Shown piece after piece: positions 1-10,274 of a stretch of DNA of 64,000 nt. Positions within the stretch are counted from its first letter, which is position 1; each line of letters begins with the position of its first letter. The notes below the pieces were generated by a model, which had not been told where the DNA came from, searched no databases, and saw nothing but the letters and a program-made list of their open reading frames with translations. The stretch is from a plasmid. The stretch lies in assembly GCF_056746865.1 (NCBI RefSeq), contig NZ_JBWKMP010000003.1; one strand, given 5' to 3'. The translations under genes were made by a program, and so were the position numbers.

Positions 1-9
1 ATCGGCGGA

Positions 10-1524
10 GTGTCATTTGATGGCAGCGCCAATATCGACCTGCCTGGCGTGAATAAAACGGGTAATCAGAGCACTACCGGCAATGCTGCAACCGCAACGA
101 AACTTCAGACGGCAAGAACAATCGGCGGGGTGGCATTTGATGGCACTGCCAATATCAACCTGCCGGGTGTGAACATTGCTGGTAACCAGAACACAACAGG
201 TAATGCTGCAACCGCTACAAAACTGCAAACAGCCCGCACAATCAACGGTGTTAAGTTTGATGGTTCTGCGAACATTTCGATACCAACAATTACGTCCAGA
301 GGGCGTGTTACTGCGCTCACCAGTACAACGCAAGGTGCTACTACTGGATTGCAGATGTATGAGGCGTACAACAACGGCTATCCTTCTGCTTACGGGAATG
401 TGCTTCATCTTAAGGGCGCAGCTGCCGCTGGTGAAGGCGAGTTGTTCATAGGTTGGAGCGGTACAAGTGGTGCTCATGCGCCTGTACATGTACGTTCACG
501 ACGAGATGCTGATACAGCCAGTTGGTCTGAGTGGGCGCAGGTCTACACATCGAAAGATTCCATCCCTGGTGTAAATACCACGGGCAACCAGAACACAACT
601 GGGAACGCGGCGTCTGCAACGAAATTACTAACGGCAAGAACTATTGGTGGTGTTTCATTTAATGGCACCGCAAATATCGACCTGCCGGGCGTGAATAAAA
701 CAGGTAATCAGAGCACTACCGGCAATGCTGCAACTGCAACGAAACTTCAGACGGCACGCACAATCGGCGGGGTTTCGTTTGATGGTACAGCAAACATCAA
801 TCTTCCGGGCGTTAATATTGCCGGAAATCAAAATACAAGTGGTAATGCAGCTACAGCGACAAAGTTAAAAACTGCCAGAAAAATAAGTGGAGTGGCTTTT
901 GATGGTTCTGCAGACATCAGATTAACGGCAAGTCATGTTGGTGCGTTACCAACAACAGGTGGTACTGTTACCGGTGAAATTATATCCAGCAGCCAAAATG
1001 CTATACGCCTAACTTATAATAATAACTATGGATTCCTAATAACTAATACTGGATATAGTTTCCAGATATCAACCACTGGGCAAAATGTTAATGGTGATGT
1101 CGTTTACACTCCATTAAAGATAGATGGCGGTGATGGTCGCGTAGAATTAGGACGTGCTGATGGTCATGTAAGGGTTATGGGGAATTTATCTGCCGCTGGT
1201 CAGATTACCCCTGGTAACTATAGTAATTTCAACACGAAATATCAGGCTAAAAACACAGCATATGCCAACATTCATGGATGGCATAAGGATACATCAACTA
1301 AGGTGATGATGCAGTGGGGGTTTATAACAAATTTAACTCCAGGAAGCGTGGTTAAATTTCCGACTGCTTTTCCTGAGGCGTGTGCGGTAGTTGTGATTTC
1401 GCCTCACAGCGGGAATGCTGTCAATTCAATTCTTTATACATACAACCACTCAGCCACTGGTTTTACAGTGAAAAGTAGCTCCACTGATAAAATATATGCA
1501 CAGTATGTTGCTTATGGGTATTAA
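10..1524 (+). CDS. Tail fibre protein, C-terminal portion (5' end lies outside the window)
   Basis: ORF open from the window edge; tandem Gly/Asn/Thr-rich repeats (GVNxxGNQxTTGNAATATKLxTARTIxGVxFDGxANIxLP) typical of enterobacterial phage side tail fibres; immediately followed by a Tfa gene. Confidence 0.8.
   Translation: MSFDGSANIDLPGVNKTGNQSTTGNAATATKLQTARTIGGVAFDGTANINLPGVNIAGNQNTTGNAATATKLQTARTINGVKFDGSANISIPTITSRGRVTALTSTTQGATTGLQMYEAYNNGYPSAYGNVLHLKGAAAAGEGELFIGWSGTSGAHAPVHVRSRRDADTASWSEWAQVYTSKDSIPGVNTTGNQNTTGNAASATKLLTARTIGGVSFNGTANIDLPGVNKTGNQSTTGNAATATKLQTARTIGGVSFDGTANINLPGVNIAGNQNTSGNAATATKLKTARKISGVAFDGSADIRLTASHVGALPTTGGTVTGEIISSSQNAIRLTYNNNYGFLITNTGYSFQISTTGQNVNGDVVYTPLKIDGGDGRVELGRADGHVRVMGNLSAAGQITPGNYSNFNTKYQAKNTAYANIHGWHKDTSTKVMMQWGFITNLTPGSVVKFPTAFPEACAVVVISPHSGNAVNSILYTYNHSATGFTVKSSSTDKIYAQYVAYGY
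19..890 (+). repeat. Internal direct repeats in the tail fibre gene (about 230 bp at 19-250 and 661-890, each made of ~38-codon sub-repeats)
   Basis: Near-identical DNA and protein blocks read directly at both positions. Confidence 0.8.
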
Positions 1525-1555
1525 AAATATAGTTAATTAGAATGAAGGTGCTTAA

Positions 1556-1978
1556 ATGGCAAAGTATTACAGCAAAGAGACTGGTGGTTTCTACGACGAC
1601 AGACTAAAAGAAGATTACGATAAAAACGGTTCATGGCCGTCCGATACTGTACATATACCTGATGACTTATATGATGAATTGTTATCAGGGTATGGCAATG
1701 GGAAAATAATAATTGCAAATGGCGATGGTTATCCAATGTTATCTGACCCACAACCTATGAGCTTAGAGGATAGAGTCAGCATTGCTGAAAACACCAAAAG
1801 TAGTCTTATGAATGATGTGAGCATAAAAATATCAACGCTTCAGGATGCTGTTGATATGGATATTGCCACTGATGAGGAAATAGAAATGTTGACAAAGTTA
1901 AAGAGGTATAGAGTTCTTCTTAATAGAGTTGACACTTCTGTTGATGCAGATATCTCATGGCCTGAGATGCCTGTATAA
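1556..1978 (+). CDS. tfa: Tail fibre assembly protein (Tfa chaperone)
   Basis: C-terminus LQDAVDMDIATDEEIEMLTKLKRYRVLLNRVDTSVDADISWPEMPV matches the conserved lambda Tfa C-terminal motif as I recall it; RBS-like aaggtg upstream; sits directly after the fibre gene. Confidence 0.85.
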   Translation: MAKYYSKETGGFYDDRLKEDYDKNGSWPSDTVHIPDDLYDELLSGYGNGKIIIANGDGYPMLSDPQPMSLEDRVSIAENTKSSLMNDVSIKISTLQDAVDMDIATDEEIEMLTKLKRYRVLLNRVDTSVDADISWPEMPV

Positions 1979-2020
1979 ACAATCATAACAATCCAATCAG
2001 CACTGCTTTTTTGATATTTC

Positions 2021-2047
2021 AAGCCCTCTTTTGTTGAGGGCTTTATT
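2021..2047 (+). terminator. Rho-independent terminator-like hairpin after tfa
   Basis: aagccctc-ttttgtt-gagggctt followed by tatt. Confidence 0.5.
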
Positions 2048-2438
2048 AGTGAGTGCTTTTGTGACCTTTTTTAGTAATACAATCCTTTGGTACAAAAAAG
2101 CCGCCGTCCAGTCAATGACGGCGGGCAAAATGAACACTCAGTTAGTTGTATCTGAGAGGGGGGCATTATATTCACTGAATGACGCTTGTGAAGACTCACA
2201 TGTCATCATTTTGTCCTCAAGAATCAGCTCACATCTTGCGCATTCAAGCGTATTTCTCTTTAAAGCCGTGTTTGGACCATTTTGTTGATACGCGAATTTG
2301 GCATCCTCCACGCTCTGAGTGACGAGGTTTACGGACCACCGGGCCATCATATGCATCCATTTTGTGTGAATGGCATTTAGTCGGGAAATAACAAACTGGA
2401 TAAGTTGAAGCCGCGTTAAACGTCATTTCTGGAGGGGT

Positions 2439-2765
2439 ATGTTTGCAGATTATGAAAATCTGGCTGTAGCAGTCATAACATCCCTGCTGAGTGGAACCGG
2501 CGTATTCCTTCTCGGAGTTAGAGACGGGCGCATTTCTGCGTCACTGCTCAACCTCGCGAGTGAATTGTTTACTGCAGTAACTGCCGGGCTTGCGGGGTTT
2601 TGGGTGGCTGATAGCTATGAATGGCCGGAAGGCATCATTTACTGCGTTGTTCTGATTGCCAGTAACAACGGAAGTGAAATTTTACAGGGCTTGAAGTCCA
2701 GAGCTAGTAACGTCTTGAATCTCTTAAGCGTAATAGCGAGTGGGGGAAAAGGTGGAGAGAAGTAA
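2439..2765 (+). CDS. Small three-TM membrane protein, putative holin (LydA position)
   Basis: 108 aa with three hydrophobic segments; RBS ggagg; first gene of an operon that continues into a DarA-sized gene. Confidence 0.4.
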   Translation: MFADYENLAVAVITSLLSGTGVFLLGVRDGRISASLLNLASELFTAVTAGLAGFWVADSYEWPEGIIYCVVLIASNNGSEILQGLKSRASNVLNLLSVIASGGKGGEK

Positions 2766-3211
2766 TGGGTGACTTTGGAAATTATTTCATTTTTATCATG
2801 GCATTTGTTGCCGTTATTGACCGTTTCTTATTTCGTCGCAAGAGTGTTGATATTTTGAGCATTGGCGAAGCTGTAGTGAAAGAGTCTGCTATAGCGTTTC
2901 CCGTGTCGCTTCGCGTTAAGCGAAGCTGGGTAAGCAATGCACAAATCGAATATTGGTTGCAGGACTTGAAAAATCCATCTGTGGTTATTTCGGGGAAAAC
3001 AAGACCAGTTGACGCATCAAAACGCGGTGAGAGAGAAGAATATTTGCTCATCGACACGAAATATCTTGAGCCAGCGAAGTGGGATCTAAAGGTCACATTG
3101 ACTAACGGTAATTGCCGCCTGAATCCGCTTTATCGCATTTTCCCTATCAATGACTGCATAGAACGTCAGTTTATGATTGAAAAGTGTGAAGGAGACTGGA
3201 ATGTCAAATAA
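2765..3211 (+). CDS. Hypothetical protein (LydB position, possible antiholin)
   Basis: 148 aa, start coupled to the preceding gene, RBS ggtggagag; function inferred only from position. Confidence 0.3.
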   Translation: MGDFGNYFIFIMAFVAVIDRFLFRRKSVDILSIGEAVVKESAIAFPVSLRVKRSWVSNAQIEYWLQDLKNPSVVISGKTRPVDASKRGEREEYLLIDTKYLEPAKWDLKVTLTNGNCRLNPLYRIFPINDCIERQFMIEKCEGDWNVK

Positions 3212-3818
3212 ATCTAATTATGTTCTTCTTAATTATGATGAGTTAAACGAAAAGGGGCTGGCAAAACTCGTCAAAGAAATCGGTAAAGGAGGCTACAAGA
3301 TAGCGAGGGTGATCCCCGCCAGTAATGGCAGGAAGAAAGACGGGATCATGACGCGCACGTTTACCCTTATCGGAATCGATGAGCAGACGATGGACGTTCA
3401 GGTTAATGATACTGGTGATATTTCTGGTGTAAAACTGAACGGAAAAATTGTTCCTTTCAAGCCAGTTAAAACGCTGATGGCTTTAGGGCAATCACTGGCT
3501 GCTTTATTTAATAAAGGCGCATCATCATTTCAGAAATCATTGGCGCGTAAGTTAGCTCGTGCGGCGAAAGATATTGATGATGGGAATAAGAAAATAAAAG
3601 GCGTTAAGTCCAATGCGCAGAAACTAGCAGAGGCAAAGGAATCTCGCGATGCGATCCGCGAGGATATTGAAAGGGCCAAAGAAAAATTAAATCAGGTGCA
3701 AGGTAATTCAGACCGCGCAACAAGAGAAACTGAAATCATTAGAACCGAGATGGCGCAGGAACTGGCGAAAACTCGCGTATTGAAAGAAGAAATAGCGCGC
3801 CTGGAGGAAGATGCATGA
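3201..3818 (+). CDS. Hypothetical coiled-coil protein (Hdf position in a dar-like operon)
   Basis: ATG at 3201 preceded by aaggagac; charged coiled-coil C-terminus; ORF-track start at 3177 is probably an over-extension. Confidence 0.4.
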   Translation: MSNKSNYVLLNYDELNEKGLAKLVKEIGKGGYKIARVIPASNGRKKDGIMTRTFTLIGIDEQTMDVQVNDTGDISGVKLNGKIVPFKPVKTLMALGQSLAALFNKGASSFQKSLARKLARAAKDIDDGNKKIKGVKSNAQKLAEAKESRDAIREDIERAKEKLNQVQGNSDRATRETEIIRTEMAQELAKTRVLKEEIARLEEDA

Positions 3819-5740
3819 TAAAGAAACCTATTCGAATAAATATCCAGTCCACTTTTGCAGATACGCTCACTGGATATACGCCTAATCGTTGGGTGGCGGA
3901 AGATATCACCGAGGATGATTTACTTATCGAGCCTGCGACGCTGGAAGATATCGAGCTGGCCTATATGGGCAACGAAATTTTGGTAACTACCAATGAGGCA
4001 ATGTTCGAAGCTTTAACCACAACAAAATTGCGGTTAGCGCAAACAATGCGAGCATTTGTCCGGGCGCTTAATCGCGGCCTGAATGGCACTGACATTGCTG
4101 CGGGTACGGATGAGGCAGGTGAATATGAAGACGGACGTAATAGTATCGGTGGGGCAATCATTGGGCGCGTGCGCCGGGTTGCTAATATCCCTGTTGTAAC
4201 AGCACAAATACCTCTAACCGATGGACAAACGACAAGCATAATTTTCCATTCTCCAACCGCAGACGGCACAAGAATTAAAGGGGATGACGAGCTGGTTGCG
4301 TTTCAGTTTCTTCTTAACAAAAGAAACGTTACGCATGTTGTTGCGCCAATCGGTGGGCGTGATGTATCTCTGAGCCAGGTGTGTCAGGCGCTTTCTAACC
4401 TCATTGAGCGTAACAGTGCAAAATTCAAAAAAGCAAAGGAGCGCCAGGACAAAATGAAGGCTGATATTGAGGGGTATCTCAATGAAGCCGACAAGCTGGC
4501 AGAAGAACGTTCTGTGCTGATTGAGCAGGTTGAAGACGCACAGCGGGGGCTGGCAGAGAAACGCTCAACACTCAATGATATGCAGAATAAATTAGACGCA
4601 CAAAAAGCCCTTAACGGGGAATTGCAGGCTAAGCGCGATAATTTATTGTCAGCTAAGAGCCAAGGAACTAAAGAGCGTGCCTTCAATGATCAACTGCGAC
4701 ACATAAAACATAATCTTGCTACAGAAGGCCAAACAACGCTGGATAATGGTGCTGTAGTTAAGTATGTCACGTCAGGCAGTGATAGCTTTGTCACGATTGA
4801 GGCACCAGAAGGCAATTTCAGTATTGATGTCAGTGCTGTTAAAGGTGGGAGTTCAGCGGACGCTGCAACCAAATTACTTAAAGCCTATCGTGAACATAAT
4901 GCTGATCAATACAAAGTGGATGTGTTGCCGGGCCAGCCTGAGCCAACTGATCAGCCGCAGCCTGAACAGGAGCCACAACCAGCATCACATCCTGATCCCC
5001 TGGAGGTTGGTAAATATCGCTATGCGCTACAATCTCGCCCGGCGGGTGTTGGTGCGGTTCCTGAAGGAAATAAAGCTGTACTTGACCGTCCTGATCAGGC
5101 TGATCCGTATTACGAATATGCTCGTCACGGAATCATTACGTATGACCGCAAACTGACAGACGAAGAAGTCAGTCAGTACGAATTACGCTATCTGCCTGAT
5201 GACGATGAACTGAGAGGGATGGCGAACGAGCTGGTTGCGTCCAGCATGGTAAAACATATTGATGGCTATGTAGATCTGTTTGGAAGTGACCTGAAAACAT
5301 TCAAGGCGCAAGTTAAAATTCTTTTCCGCAAAGCGTTCCCGAACGTGGCATATCCACTTGGTGATGGGGAGAACCTTTTCATTATGGACGTGTATAACGC
5401 CCTTCAAAATCATTCAAGCGAAGTAAAAACAGATCCTGTAGTTGAGCCAGAATCGCAACCTGCACCAGCACCAGAACAGGAGCCGGAGCCAGAAGAAGCG
5501 GGTGAATCAGCAAGCGAAGCTGACCAGGAAGCAGATAAAGCGCTTGAGTACCTGAAATCCGTTCCGGAGCAGTTCACATCCCGCGATCTGACGGTCATAA
5601 GTGCTGAACTTGATCATGTGCAGGAAGCTGCAAACGCTCTTATCAGTGCTGGTCGATATGACGAGAACGAAGCAACTGTAGGTGCAGCCGTTGACTACCT
5701 GATCAATATTCTGGCTGAAATTCAGCAGGGAGGTGCTTAA
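3815..5740 (+). CDS. DarA-like candidate (large head-associated protein with coiled-coil and Pro/Glu-rich linkers)
   Basis: 641 aa, close to my recollection of the size of P1 DarA; operon context lyd-like, this gene, small gene; two PEPxxQP-type linkers. Assignment is from size and position, not alignment. Confidence 0.35.
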   Translation: MIKKPIRINIQSTFADTLTGYTPNRWVAEDITEDDLLIEPATLEDIELAYMGNEILVTTNEAMFEALTTTKLRLAQTMRAFVRALNRGLNGTDIAAGTDEAGEYEDGRNSIGGAIIGRVRRVANIPVVTAQIPLTDGQTTSIIFHSPTADGTRIKGDDELVAFQFLLNKRNVTHVVAPIGGRDVSLSQVCQALSNLIERNSAKFKKAKERQDKMKADIEGYLNEADKLAEERSVLIEQVEDAQRGLAEKRSTLNDMQNKLDAQKALNGELQAKRDNLLSAKSQGTKERAFNDQLRHIKHNLATEGQTTLDNGAVVKYVTSGSDSFVTIEAPEGNFSIDVSAVKGGSSADAATKLLKAYREHNADQYKVDVLPGQPEPTDQPQPEQEPQPASHPDPLEVGKYRYALQSRPAGVGAVPEGNKAVLDRPDQADPYYEYARHGIITYDRKLTDEEVSQYELRYLPDDDELRGMANELVASSMVKHIDGYVDLFGSDLKTFKAQVKILFRKAFPNVAYPLGDGENLFIMDVYNALQNHSSEVKTDPVVEPESQPAPAPEQEPEPEEAGESASEADQEADKALEYLKSVPEQFTSRDLTVISAELDHVQEAANALISAGRYDENEATVGAAVDYLINILAEIQQGGA

Positions 5741-6108
5741 TGGCTATCTCTGTTTTAGAACGCCTGAAATTAGGTAAAGAGCTATCAGATCTAATGCAGG
5801 CGCAGAAAACCGCGCCAGTATTGCAACGCGTCTCAATTGGTAAGCAGATTGTTGATGTGATGCTTAAACTGGGGCTTGGGGCTGCGGCCCAATCAGTATC
5901 GGATCCGCAGGCGCAGCCAGATACTGTTGCAGGTGACATTCCTAAGATAGTGACAGACTTCCTTGGAGGTGCATTCACAAAGTCCACGCAAATGGAATTT
6001 ATTGATGCGCTACGTGGGATCTCAAACTATGTAGGCGAGTTCCTTACGTTGGAACAGGCTAAAGAGCAGACCATAAGCTGGGTGAAAGCCAACGGTTATG
6101 CAGGGTAA
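5740..6108 (+). CDS. Small hypothetical protein (DdrA position)
   Basis: 122 aa, ATGA-coupled to the upstream gene, followed by a terminator. Confidence 0.4.
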   Translation: MAISVLERLKLGKELSDLMQAQKTAPVLQRVSIGKQIVDVMLKLGLGAAAQSVSDPQAQPDTVAGDIPKIVTDFLGGAFTKSTQMEFIDALRGISNYVGEFLTLEQAKEQTISWVKANGYAG

Positions 6109-6111
6109 TCA

Positions 6112-6139
6112 AAGGGGCTGAAATGCCCCTTTCACTTTC
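6112..6139 (+). terminator. Rho-independent terminator-like hairpin
   Basis: aaaggggc-tgaaat-gcccctttc. Confidence 0.5.
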
Positions 6140-6201
6140 CTGTAAGTCCATAAATCACACACTTTTTACACTTCCTGCTTTCTATGTAAGGGGAGTGTAT
6201 T

Positions 6202-7587
6202 TTGAACAAGTCAGTTACTTCCGCGCTATCCGAAGCAGCAGACATTAACAGTGTTATTGCGCTGGTTTCTTCATTAGAGAGGCGAGAAACACGCCAGGGG
6301 CGCAGTAGTTACGTAGTCACCAGTAAAGGGGCAGAGGTAAAGACGGCTTTTAAGGTCGTTGATGCCAGCAGTCTGATCATTTCGAACAACCTTGACGGTA
6401 CGATTAATCCGGCCTTCCCGGAAGAACTCCAACCACGAGATCGTACCCGGCTATCCAGCAAACTCCAGGTTAACCGTATTGCCTCCAATTTACGCCCGGC
6501 ACAATTAACGGATTCCGGTATGAGCAGCCACGGAGCGCCGATAGTTGGTCCGGACAACGTTGTTGAATCCGGCAACGGAAGGAGTATGGGTATCTGGCGT
6601 GCCTATGAGCAAGGACAGGCGGATGAGTATCGCCAGTACCTGATCGACCATGCGAAAGAGTTTGGTCTGAATCCTGACGAAATTTCGCAAATGTCTATGC
6701 CCGTACTGGTGCGAGAAAGACTCACAGATGTAGACCGCGCTCAATTTGCCCGCGATTCAAACATTAGCGATCTGCAAGAGATGGCAGCAAGTGAAAAAGC
6801 GTATGCGGATGCGCAATTTCTCACTGAGAGCGTCATGGCGCTATTTAATCCTTCAGATGATGGAAATCTGCTGGCGCGGTCCAATGATGCGTTTATTCGT
6901 GCGTTTTTGCGCGAAATTGGCGATACAGCGACGGCAGGCTTGCTTACTGCCGATGGGCGTCCCACGAAACAGCTTATCGATCGCATCCAGAATGCAATTT
7001 TTGCCAAAGCGTACAAGGATGAAAGGCTTGTTCGGTTGGTGGCGGAAGAGCCAGATCCGGAAATGCGTAACATCCTTACCGCATTAAATACGGCAGCCAG
7101 CGATTTTGCGCAAATGCAGTCGCTTTCAGGTGATGTTCACCATGACACGGTAACCGGACTGGTAGACGGTATAGAGCAATTGAATGGTCTGGATAAACAG
7201 GCTATAGCAGCACTCCAGGACGCGATTAACCTTGTTCGTGAAGCCAAAGACAACGGTCAGGCAGTGGAAGAGGTGATAGCCCAGCGCGGACTCTTCGGTG
7301 ATAGCACGCCGGAAGCTGAGGCGTTGGCGCTATTCATCGTGGCAAATAATCGAAGCGCGAAGCGCATGGGGGCTGCATTCAAAAAAATGGCACAAAAAAT
7401 CAACGACGAACTGATTCATAAACAGCAGGCGTTGGGCGATATGTTCGGCGGTGGAGATGTCGATCTACGTAGTATTTTGACCGCTGTTTCTAATGAGATT
7501 GAACTGGAACATGGAGAGGGGAAAGGGCTTAACTTCACGATGTTCGAAGCCAAAACAGAACAAAGCGATTTTGGGCTGGAAACCTGA
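6202..7587 (+). CDS. Hypothetical 461-aa protein, probable TTG start
   Basis: Long ORF with RBS aagggga 8 nt upstream of TTG; no recognisable motif by eye; occupies the slot after the dar-like genes. Confidence 0.5.
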   Translation: MNKSVTSALSEAADINSVIALVSSLERRETRQGRSSYVVTSKGAEVKTAFKVVDASSLIISNNLDGTINPAFPEELQPRDRTRLSSKLQVNRIASNLRPAQLTDSGMSSHGAPIVGPDNVVESGNGRSMGIWRAYEQGQADEYRQYLIDHAKEFGLNPDEISQMSMPVLVRERLTDVDRAQFARDSNISDLQEMAASEKAYADAQFLTESVMALFNPSDDGNLLARSNDAFIRAFLREIGDTATAGLLTADGRPTKQLIDRIQNAIFAKAYKDERLVRLVAEEPDPEMRNILTALNTAASDFAQMQSLSGDVHHDTVTGLVDGIEQLNGLDKQAIAALQDAINLVREAKDNGQAVEEVIAQRGLFGDSTPEAEALALFIVANNRSAKRMGAAFKKMAQKINDELIHKQQALGDMFGGGDVDLRSILTAVSNEIELEHGEGKGLNFTMFEAKTEQSDFGLET

Positions 7588-7698
7588 CCTGGCGACCGGA
7601 CACCCCGGATAACCTCCGGGGGATTCGGTATTTCTTCTTTGAATAGAGCGTTTTTAACAAATACCCCGTAAATACTCGCCCAGCAGGGCGGGGAGCAG

Positions 7699-8130
7699 TC
7701 ACCGCATTGGTGTGACAGATACGGCGATATTTTTATTCAGTTGATGCAGTGCCAGCTCGACAGTTTCAACTTTCGATGAATGTTCGACGTCGAGAAGCCG
7801 ATCAATCTGTGTTCCATTTTTTCCGAGTTTGCGCGCCAACTCTGCTTTGCGTGTGCCGGTTTCTATCATCGCGTTGTGGAGTGCAGCCTTCATTGCTGGT
7901 AGCACTGGCAAAGAGACAACGTACTCACCTTCTTTTGGCTCGCTACCAGTGGGAACAGGTCGGCGTTCTTCAATCTCAATCGCAACCGCTGCGACCAATC
8001 CATAACCAGCCTCAAGCAACGCTTCTTCAACTGAGTCACCCACGGAATTAAACAATGGTAGGTCGCGGCATGATACGACATACGCGCCGGTTTTGTCGTC
8101 GCGCTCCAGTTTTACCGGATAGTTAAACAT
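7699..8130 (-). CDS. hicB: HicB antitoxin
   Basis: N-terminal YPVKLERDDKTGAYVVSCRDLP with a C-terminal HTH-like region, matching the HicB family; directly downstream of hicA on the same strand. Confidence 0.85.
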   Translation of the reverse strand: MFNYPVKLERDDKTGAYVVSCRDLPLFNSVGDSVEEALLEAGYGLVAAVAIEIEERRPVPTGSEPKEGEYVVSLPVLPAMKAALHNAMIETGTRKAELARKLGKNGTQIDRLLDVEHSSKVETVELALHQLNKNIAVSVTPMR

Positions 8131-8160
8131 AGAGAAGCTCCTAGTGAAAAAGGCTGGGGC

Positions 8161-8343
8161 TTAAAGCCCCAGGTCCTTCATTATTTTCTTGCGTAGCGGT
8201 TCAGGCATTTCCTTTGAACCGTGGTCCGGGAAAACCGACCGCTTTCCGTTCAGGTTCACTTTCTGATGACTGCCGCCACCAGGCGCTTTCCTGAACTCTG
8301 CCCCTTGCTGGATTAACCAGCGTTTGAACTCTGAATACTTCAC
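8161..8343 (-). CDS. hicA: HicA mRNA-interferase toxin
   Basis: 60 aa, MKYSEFKRWLIQQGAEFRKAPGGGSHQKVNLNGKRSVFPDHG...LRKKIMKDLGL matches the HicA family consensus. Confidence 0.85.
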   Translation of the reverse strand: MKYSEFKRWLIQQGAEFRKAPGGGSHQKVNLNGKRSVFPDHGSKEMPEPLRKKIMKDLGL

Positions 8344-8575
8344 AAGTTTCCTTATGCAATTTATCCATCATGGGCGATAAGAATAGTAACACAAAAGATA
8401 TAAAACACAACAAAAATGTCTATAAACATAACTTCCTTGTTTGGTGGTTGCGTTTTTGGAAAAGCATTTCCGCATATGAAAAAACATCAGCATATGGTGA
8501 AAACAACGAAAAATTACTGATGAAATCACACACTGGATAAGCTGCCACGAAATCGGAAACCTTTTGCGGTGAATC

Positions 8576-10261
8576 ATGGCAACGAAAGACAAAAACAAGG
8601 GCTTTCTGTCGGCATTGAAGAAAGCCTTCAGCGGTGGTGATGTTACGCCTGCCGATCCGGTCGTATTTGCGAGCGGGCATAGCGTCGTTGCTCGTTCTGG
8701 CCTGTCCGCCTTGCGTCCTGGCATCCTGGGGAGCAATAGCGATGGCATGACAAGCGCGGCGGATACTGTATCTATATCGGCAGAATTACCGAGTGACCGC
8801 CTGCAAAAATACAACATACTGGAGACGATGGCGAAAAGTCCGACTATCTCCACAGCATTAAACATTCACATTGCGCATTCTCTGGCTCCATCAAAAAAAA
8901 CAGGCCTCGCATTTATTCTCTCTCCGAAAAATGGGGCGGATAAGGAGGCTGTAAGTCGATGTGAGGAATTGACCGCTGATTTAAGCTCAATGATTAATGA
9001 TGGCCTGCCATCGTGGGCCATGATCATGGCTATTTTCGGTGTGTCGTATATCCGTCCATATGCAGAGCAAGGGAAGGGGATAACTGGAATTGAGTCGAGC
9101 TATTACACGCTCCCTCATTTCGTTCAGGAGTTTTATCGCGGTAGCCAACTTGTCGGATTCAGCGGTGATTATATTCTGGATACGCATACTTTGCGCAGAG
9201 TTATAACCGAACCGTGGAATCTGGTTTCCATGAAAAACCCGTACTGGACGCCTCAGCATAAAGTAATGCCAGTAACTTACGGCACTAAAGGCTATTCCTT
9301 GCTTAGTGAACAGCAGGACAAGCCGTTAATGGAGACGCAGAACTACGGTACGTCGTTTCTTGAATACAGTTATGAACCCTACCTGAATTTATGTGCCGCG
9401 CTTGCTGCGCTGAAAGCAACGCGAAACAACGCTGCAAAAATTGATCGCCTGATTGCACTCACAACGAACACGATAGATCCGGTAAACGCGGCGAATTATA
9501 CGCGCGGGGTCAGCCAGGCACTGAAGCGTCATAGCGACCTCGTAGCGCAACGGTCGATTAATTCTAATGCTCTCCCATCTGTACTTAACCATCTGATACC
9601 CGTCATGGGGGATGGGAAGAACGGGATCACCATTGATACGCAATCTATACCCGCAGATATCAGTGGTATCGAAGACGTTATGTTTCATCTCCGACAGCTC
9701 GCGGCAAGCCTCGGTATTGACGCAACAATGCTTGGCTGGGCTGATCAGATGAGTGGTGGACTTGGAGAAGGCGGTTGGCAGCAAACAGCTATCCAGGCCG
9801 CCTTACGCGCGAACTGGATCAGACAGGCCGCCCAGCGGACTATTTATCGGCTTCATGACATTCACCTCGCTTATAAATACGGGAAGGTTTACACCGAAAA
9901 AAACCGTCCTTATGACGTGCAATTCAACTCAATGAACACAGCTATCCAGGAAGAGGAAAACCGAGAGCTGGATGCGCGCGCCAACTTCGTAGCTGTCATC
10001 TCGCAAATAATGGACCAGATCCAGAACAACCCGAAACTGGCGGGTAGCGACGCGTTTATGCGTTATCTGTTCACCGAACAGCTTCGTATCGACGATGACA
10101 CTCTCAACGTAATGATCCAAGAGTTTAAGGCGAATGAATCAGAGCAAAACAACGAGCATGGTATGTACGAATCCGCGCCGTTGTCGTCCGGTGACGATCC
10201 GGAAAACTGGACGCAAGAACAATTAATCAACTTTGCAAAATTTGTGATGAGCAATAATTAA
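8576..10261 (+). CDS. Putative portal protein (Prt-like)
   Basis: 561 aa ORF immediately upstream of a protease/scaffold-like gene; assignment by size and synteny only. Confidence 0.4.
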   Translation: MATKDKNKGFLSALKKAFSGGDVTPADPVVFASGHSVVARSGLSALRPGILGSNSDGMTSAADTVSISAELPSDRLQKYNILETMAKSPTISTALNIHIAHSLAPSKKTGLAFILSPKNGADKEAVSRCEELTADLSSMINDGLPSWAMIMAIFGVSYIRPYAEQGKGITGIESSYYTLPHFVQEFYRGSQLVGFSGDYILDTHTLRRVITEPWNLVSMKNPYWTPQHKVMPVTYGTKGYSLLSEQQDKPLMETQNYGTSFLEYSYEPYLNLCAALAALKATRNNAAKIDRLIALTTNTIDPVNAANYTRGVSQALKRHSDLVAQRSINSNALPSVLNHLIPVMGDGKNGITIDTQSIPADISGIEDVMFHLRQLAASLGIDATMLGWADQMSGGLGEGGWQQTAIQAALRANWIRQAAQRTIYRLHDIHLAYKYGKVYTEKNRPYDVQFNSMNTAIQEEENRELDARANFVAVISQIMDQIQNNPKLAGSDAFMRYLFTEQLRIDDDTLNVMIQEFKANESEQNNEHGMYESAPLSSGDDPENWTQEQLINFAKFVMSNN

Positions 10262-10274
10262 CCGGAGGGAAATA

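Noticed and set aside
2031-2426. Small ORFs between tfa and the holin-like gene (2031-2288 +, 2138-2356 -, 2244-2426 -)
   Set aside because: Mutually overlapping, no RBS, and the region contains terminator-type hairpins; treated as intergenic.
3961-5598. Minus-strand ORFs inside the darA-like gene (3961-4269, 4384-4686, 5410-5598)
   Set aside because: Shadow ORFs antisense to a long coding region; low-complexity products.
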